Shown piece by piece: positions 58,851 to 64,000 of a DNA stretch of 64,000 nucleotides. Numbering within the stretch: the first letter of the stretch is position 1; each line of letters begins with the position of its first letter. Position numbers and translations under genes: made by a program. Source of the stretch: an uncultured Chlamydiae bacterium (GTDB lineage Bacteria > Chlamydiota > Chlamydiia > Chlamydiales > SM23-39); NCBI GenBank assembly GCA_963730605.1, contig CAVSSM010000004.1, positions 17,712 through 81,711 of the forward strand. Direction: 5' to 3'. Below the pieces are notes generated by a model. It ran no database searches. It was not told the origin of the DNA and was given only the letters and a program-made list of their open reading frames with translations.

Positions 58851-59817
58851 GCAACCTCATCCGGAATAAGTCTAGGAGAGCCCCTTCGCGCCCCGCTCCT
58901 GTTCGCGAGAGGAGCTCAATGTGAAACAGGAGATCAAGCCCGTTTTTAAAAAATGAGCGGCCAAGCTTTGCTGCCTGAGCGCTCCTTTTTTCGAGCATTT
59001 TTGGCCAAAGGCGCGGCAGGAACGACGACCATTCTTCACGGGGCGTCTTAGCAGCGAGAAGACTTAAGAGCTTCAGCCCTATCTGCAATTGAGAGCGCAG
59101 GCTCGGAATGATACTGTGAAAGGCCGCGGGATCCATCGGAGGGCTCTCCCCTTCCCAGACGATCGCTTCGGCTGTTTGCCAAAAGGTCAACTCGCGGCTG
59201 CAGGCCGAGATCCGGAAAACATCGGATCTTTCGATCATCGGCCTTATCCCCACAAAGCAGATCAGTTTGTCGATTTCGCTCTCCAGCAGGGCCGCATCGC
59301 TCCCCAACCGCTCGAAAAGAAGCGGTACAGCATCGGAGGCCAGCCGTTTTCCCCCGCTTTGGGCCCGCTCGATGATTTGCTCGGAGAGCCGCTTTTCTTT
59401 ATCCCAAGGTTTTTCCTCCGTGAGATCGAAGACAACCCCAGCTTTTTCAAAAGCTGGGGCAATCGAGAGTTTAGACCGCGCTCCGCAAAGGAGATATCCG
59501 TAGTTTCCCGCCCCGGCGGCAAGCTCGGAGAGCATTTGGAGCTCCTTCTTTCCCATTTTCTCCGCCTGGTCGAGAACTACGACCGGCTCTCCTCCGAAAA
59601 GCGAAGGGCTGAGTAGCTCGCCTACGATTTGGCGGCACTCGGCTTCTTCGCCGTTGAATGCGGTCTGCGGACGCTCTTGGAGATGGGCGAGGATCGCTCG
59701 GATCGCTTTGGCCCGTTCATAGTCATCCGGAACCATTACAAGGTAGCACCTGCACAGGCGATCCGGCGCCGCTGAAGCAAGATGCTTCTGAAAAGAGCGG
59801 AAATTCTGATAGCGCAT
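58840..59817 (-). CDS. holA: DNA polymerase III delta subunit-like protein
   Basis: SPSLFG, LLESEIDKLICF; 325 aa, typical of delta. Confidence 0.75.
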   Translation of the reverse strand: MRYQNFRSFQKHLASAAPDRLCRCYLVMVPDDYERAKAIRAILAHLQERPQTAFNGEEAECRQIVGELLSPSLFGGEPVVVLDQAEKMGKKELQMLSELAAGAGNYGYLLCGARSKLSIAPAFEKAGVVFDLTEEKPWDKEKRLSEQIIERAQSGGKRLASDAVPLLFERLGSDAALLESEIDKLICFVGIRPMIERSDVFRISACSRELTFWQTAEAIVWEGESPPMDPAAFHSIIPSLRSQLQIGLKLLSLLAAKTPREEWSSFLPRLWPKMLEKRSAQAAKLGRSFFKNGLDLLFHIELLSRTGAGREGALLDLFRMRLHVQ

Positions 59818-59833
59818 TCTTTAGATCTACCTC

Positions 59834-60244
59834 TTAGAGTCCCCACACGAAATCGATTTCTTGCTTGACGTCCTCGTGGAGGCTCGCATGGACGGGGCAT
59901 TGCAGCGCGGCTTGTTCGAGCTTCTCGCGTATCTGAGGCTGCGGCAAGCGGGGGCACCGGATCCGGACGATGACTTTTCCTATGCGGCGCTTTGGCGTGA
60001 GCGCCATCTCTTTTTCCACTTCCGCCGTCGTATCAGATAGGTCGAACCCTACTTTTTTCGCTACTATCCCCATAAGGGTGATCATACAGCTTGCGACGCT
60101 GACCGCCAGTAAATCGGTCGGCGAAAAGGCCGTCCCCTTTCCCTCGATGTCTTTTGGGGCATCGGTCAAGATCTTCACTCCCGATTCCAAATGGATGCAT
60201 TCAGTACGCAGATCGCCTAGATACCGGATCTTCATTTTCGTCAT
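59834..60244 (-). CDS. OsmC family protein
   Basis: TDAPKD, FSPTDLLAVSVASC, CPVHASL. Confidence 0.9.
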   Translation of the reverse strand: MTKMKIRYLGDLRTECIHLESGVKILTDAPKDIEGKGTAFSPTDLLAVSVASCMITLMGIVAKKVGFDLSDTTAEVEKEMALTPKRRIGKVIVRIRCPRLPQPQIREKLEQAALQCPVHASLHEDVKQEIDFVWGL

Positions 60245-60317
60245 TGCTGAGAGCCTCATCAAATCAAATTTTTACTCGTATTTATTTTAAATGAGAAATG
60301 AATTAAAATGAAGGGCT

Positions 60318-60758
60318 ATGGATTTGGGACTTCATCTTATCAAGTTTATTCGGGATTGGACGCTTCCCCAGCAAATCCTTATGATGAGACAGGGAGGGTT
60401 GGCTCGCGTCAAAACAGCCCGAGTCGCCTTTGGCAGCCTCACCGCTTTTAGCTTCGGGCTTGCCATCCTCAATGCGTACAATCAACACCTGTTCCCGACT
60501 CTAGGTTTTCTTGTTCTATCCTATGCTAGTTATGAATGCTATAGGGTCTTCGATAATATACGTACAATCCTTAACCACCCAGGCAAAGAAATCCAGGCAG
60601 CCTACTACTCCTACTGGACGAAAAAGTTATGGAGGTTCGTGACGGATGAAGCGCCCATTGCCCGAAAAGTGGGAGAATACTACTTCAGCGATCCCGAAAA
60701 TAAAAATCAGGAACCGAAACCTACTAGCAGCGGATTAAAACTTGACAAAGACCCTTGA
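60318..60758 (+). CDS. Hypothetical membrane protein (two TM helices)
   Basis: 146-aa ORF with RBS-like GAAGGG and two hydrophobic segments. Confidence 0.55.
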   Translation: MDLGLHLIKFIRDWTLPQQILMMRQGGLARVKTARVAFGSLTAFSFGLAILNAYNQHLFPTLGFLVLSYASYECYRVFDNIRTILNHPGKEIQAAYYSYWTKKLWRFVTDEAPIARKVGEYYFSDPENKNQEPKPTSSGLKLDKDP

Positions 60759-61015
60759 TGAAGGGTATCCTACGTGACATGATTTTTTTTAGAAAGAAAA
60801 AACCAGAAGCTCCCCCTCCCAAACCGGCCAAACTAGCCAAACCGGATATGGCTGCGGCGGCACCCGTTAAGCCAGCCAAAAAACATGAACCTCCTCCAGT
60901 CGCGCCTGAACCCAAAAGCCTTAAACCTCTCCAAGAGATCGCCCACACCCGCGTTTTGACAGCGGAAGGCTGGCGCAGGTCCATGGTAATGAAAGTCCAA
61001 AAAAAAATTAAATAA
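60758..61015 (+). CDS. Small Lys/Pro-rich hypothetical protein
   Basis: TGATG coupling to the upstream gene; C-terminal VLTAEGWRR; stop abuts MITE B. Confidence 0.55.
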   Translation: MKGILRDMIFFRKKKPEAPPPKPAKLAKPDMAAAAPVKPAKKHEPPPVAPEPKSLKPLQEIAHTRVLTAEGWRRSMVMKVQKKIK

Positions 61016-61179
61016 CCTGAGTTTTGGGTTCATTTGTCTGTGAGATTCAAGGATATTTCGAGCATATTTTTGCGCTTTGGAGCCGAGAGCAATATCGGGA
61101 CGAGCATCTTGCCGAGGCGAAAAGTCAAAAAGATGCCGAAACAAATTGAAGCTCAGGCAAATGAACCCAAAACTCAGGT
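61015..61179. mobile_element. 165-bp palindromic MITE (family B), copy 2, inverted
   Basis: Same IR as 24304-24468; perfect AAATA duplication at 61010-61014 and 61180-61184. Confidence 0.92.
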
Positions 61180-61185
61180 AAATAG

Positions 61186-61959
61186 TCACTTTTCCTTTTT
61201 TTTCTTTTCCTGCCCGATGATTTCTTCTGCAAGAGCGCGGTAATCTTTCGAGCCCTTGCAAGACGGATCATAAATGGTGACAGGCTTCAAGTGGAGCGGC
61301 GCTTCCGCCAAGCGGATGTTTTCCCGGATCACCGTATTGCAGACCTGTCCGGCGAACCGCTGGTTCAGTTGCTTTAGCACTTCTTGAGAGTGTTTCGTCC
61401 GTAAATCGACCCTGCACGCTAAAATGCCGGCAATTGCAAGATTTTTGTTCAAACGCTGTTTGACCAAATTGATCGTTTTGAGAAGTTGGACAAGTCCATG
61501 AAGAGCCATCACATGGGCCTCGACGGGAATCAGAACCTCGTTCGCCATTGTCAGCGCATTGAGCGAAAGGATGCCAAGCGCAGGGGGGCAATCGATCAAG
61601 AGGTAATTCCAAGGCCTGCCGGGCAATTTTTCCACCTTTGTTTTGAGGATGATCTCGGAGGCGACTTCATTCGCGAGCGTCTTTTCGACGCCGGCCAACA
61701 TGGGCGAGGAAGCCACCATGTGAAGCGATTCGATGCAGGTCTTTTCAATCGCATCCTCCAATTTCCCATCTTCCGTCAACGCTTCGTAGAGCCACTTGCC
61801 CCGGTCTTTGAGCCCATACCAAAGGGATGCCGAACCTTGCGGATCGAGATCGATGAGCAGCACCTTTTTGCCCGCCTCAGCCAAGGCCGCCGCCAAGTTG
61901 ACGGCCGTCGTTGTTTTGCCCGAGCCGCCTTTCTGGTTTACAATCGCAATCGTCCGCAT
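61186..61959 (-). CDS. parA: ParA/Soj family ATPase
   Basis: NQKGGSGKTT, LIDLDPQG, LIDCPP, IRENIRLAEAP. Confidence 0.9.
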   Translation of the reverse strand: MRTIAIVNQKGGSGKTTTAVNLAAALAEAGKKVLLIDLDPQGSASLWYGLKDRGKWLYEALTEDGKLEDAIEKTCIESLHMVASSPMLAGVEKTLANEVASEIILKTKVEKLPGRPWNYLLIDCPPALGILSLNALTMANEVLIPVEAHVMALHGLVQLLKTINLVKQRLNKNLAIAGILACRVDLRTKHSQEVLKQLNQRFAGQVCNTVIRENIRLAEAPLHLKPVTIYDPSCKGSKDYRALAEEIIGQEKKKKEK

Positions 61960-62097
61960 GCATCCCTCGTTTGAACCGAATTCCTAGAGATATAAAAAAT
62001 TATTTACTCGCCATCAAGAAAAAAGTGAAATTCCCTCCCTTTTCCTTTTACAATTTTGGAGAAACTGATAAACTACCGCTGTAAACTCTGGGGTTTT

Positions 62098-63039
62098 ATG
62101 TTAGGAATCGACCTGAAAGGAAAAAAAGTATTTATCGCCGGAATCGGCGACGACCATGGCTTTGGATGGGCGATTGCCAAATCGCTCGCTGAGGCAGGAG
62201 CAGAGATCCTTGTCGGCACCTGGGCTCCGATCCTCAAGATTTTCAAAACCTCGCTCGCGAATGGCAAGTTTGATGCCTCCCGCAAATTGAAAAATGGGAA
62301 AAATCTCGAGTTTGCCAAGATTTATCCGATCGACGCCGTCTTCGACACGATGGCCGACGTCCCCCAAGAGATCCAGGGCAACAAGCGCTATGCGGAACTG
62401 ACCGGCTACACCATTTCCGAAGTGGCGAAACAGGTGGAGGCCGATTACGGCAAGATCGACATCCTGATCCACAGCTTAGCGAACGCCCCTGAAGTGACCA
62501 AGCCGCTTCTCGATACCTCGAGGAAAGGGTATCTCGCCGCTATGAGTTCTTCTTCCTATTCATTCATCAGCCTGCTCGCCCACTTCGGCCCAATCATGGC
62601 CTCCGGCGCCGCCGCCTTGTCTTTGACCTACATCGCCTCCGAACGGTGCATTCCCGGTTATGGCGGAGGAATGAGCTCTGCGAAAGCGGCCCTTGAAAGC
62701 GACACCCGCACCCTCGCTTGGGAAGCCGGCCGTAAATGGAATCTCAGAATCAACGCCATCTCGGCAGGCCCCTTCCGCAGCCGCGCGGCCCGCGCCATTG
62801 GGGTGATCGACGATATGATCGGTTATTTCAAAGCCAACGCTCCCTTAACCAAAGACCTCGACGGAGAGGAAGTGGGCGCTGCTGCGGCATTCCTCGTCTC
62901 TCCCCTCGCCTCAGCCATCACCGGGGAAGTGCTCTACGTCGATAACGGCATGCACGCAATGGGCCTTGCCATCGACAGCGCCTCGCTCCAGAAGAATACC
63001 GCTTACGCAGCTCCTGTAGCCGCTCCAGCGGTTACTTAA
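62098..63039 (+). CDS. fabI: Enoyl-ACP reductase (chlamydial/plant-type FabI)
   Basis: [39 protein letters not shown]. Confidence 0.95.
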   Translation: MLGIDLKGKKVFIAGIGDDHGFGWAIAKSLAEAGAEILVGTWAPILKIFKTSLANGKFDASRKLKNGKNLEFAKIYPIDAVFDTMADVPQEIQGNKRYAELTGYTISEVAKQVEADYGKIDILIHSLANAPEVTKPLLDTSRKGYLAAMSSSSYSFISLLAHFGPIMASGAAALSLTYIASERCIPGYGGGMSSAKAALESDTRTLAWEAGRKWNLRINAISAGPFRSRAARAIGVIDDMIGYFKANAPLTKDLDGEEVGAAAAFLVSPLASAITGEVLYVDNGMHAMGLAIDSASLQKNTAYAAPVAAPAVT

Positions 63040-64000
63040 CGTTCATGGCTAATGCAATGCGGCAGTTCGGAGAGCGGCGCAAGGTGCGCATCGCGATCCG
63101 CCAATCGAAGGCTTCGTAAAGAAGCTCGCCCTTACAAGCTGTTTGGGCAGGCCGATTCGCGCGCGTTATCTGTCCGCAAAAATCGCCCTCTCCTGCCTCA
63201 AGGTCGAACCGCAATTCGACCATAAGAGTTGAAGTCCGGATTTCTACAGTTGCCCCAAGAGGAAATACCGTCCCCTTTTTCCCGCAGATCGTCAGCTCCG
63301 TCTCTGGAGAGATGTCGCAATAAAGACCCGCTTCGATAAGATCCCCCTTCTCTACGAGAGGAGGCTCCGGTAGATCGAAATAGATCTTCCCCTCTTTCAA
63401 ATGGCCTCCTGGCGCGGATAAGCTGTGCAGTTTGCAGCCGCCCCTCCAAAGGAGGCGAGGCCTCTCTGGAATCAGAACAAACGCGCTGGAAGGTAATATC
63501 CTTGGCTCTGAGATAGGAAAAAGGAGCGCCGCATGGAGCATAGCAATGTGGTCTTTCTGCAGCCGTTCGGGAAACCCCGTTTTTTCCGCCAACGTCCATT
63601 CGAGAGGCGTGGGCCGCGGCTCCCCCTTTTCTTGGACCTCCTCGCCTAATAATGCTTGGAGATCCGGATGATAAGGGATAACGCGTTCGCACTCTAAAGA
63701 ATTGAGCTGCTCGCTCATGAGCCAATGAAACCATTCGTCAGGGGCCTTAGGGCTATAGTCGGAAGACATTCCGTGCAATTTTAGAAAGCGGTGCTCCCAA
63801 AGGGGTGGTCGATTCGGCTTTCGGCATGTTTCAAAAGCTTGGGGAGGGCAGCCGCTATTTTTTTCTTCAATTCAGCTCCCATCACAGTCCCGAAATGGCG
63901 CTGAATCTGAATGAGAATAGGGGCAATACGAAGGCCCATCCAAGGATCGTAACACCTTGGGGAAGTCATGGAGATAAATGGGGAAATTCCCCTCAGGAAT
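63032..64000 (-). CDS. Hypothetical protein, 5' end outside window, with an apparent frameshift near 63810
   Basis: Frame ...KHAESR joins [16 protein letters not shown] of the 63032-63778 ORF after a shift. Confidence 0.55.

Overview
Chromosomal window from a Chlamydiae (phylum Chlamydiota) bacterium, most likely an environmental lineage. The backbone keeps chlamydial gene order: two CNNM/CBS hemolysin-family genes, dcd, ruvB, a SpoIID-domain gene and SRP RNA; trpS; pknD-valS; a V-type ATPase operon; tal; rpoC-rpoB-rplL-rplJ-rplA-rplK-nusG-secE-tRNA-Trp-tuf-tRNA-Thr-infA; then sufE, an M24 peptidase, HEAT, HIT and MYG1 genes, holA, parA and fabI. Effector-like orphan genes with AT-rich upstream regions are inserted into this backbone: an Inc-like membrane anchor joined by a tandem-repeat stalk to a HicA RNase domain with no HicB nearby, two paralogous F-box/LRR proteins, a possible ADP-ribosyltransferase and an Inc-like protein. 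Two of these insertions are bounded by a duplicated 3' end of the host gene (ffs, DAHP synthase). The intergenic DNA holds many palindromic miniature elements of about 150-250 bp from several families. Some have target-site duplications or collapsed copies, and two share one covarying hairpin core between unrelated ends. A 4-copy REP-like hairpin punctuates the tuf-rplK region, and an ISAzo13 element is interrupted by an ISAs1 fragment. rpoC, rpoB, rplJ, rplA and tuf carry many frameshifts that are most probably sequencing or assembly errors.
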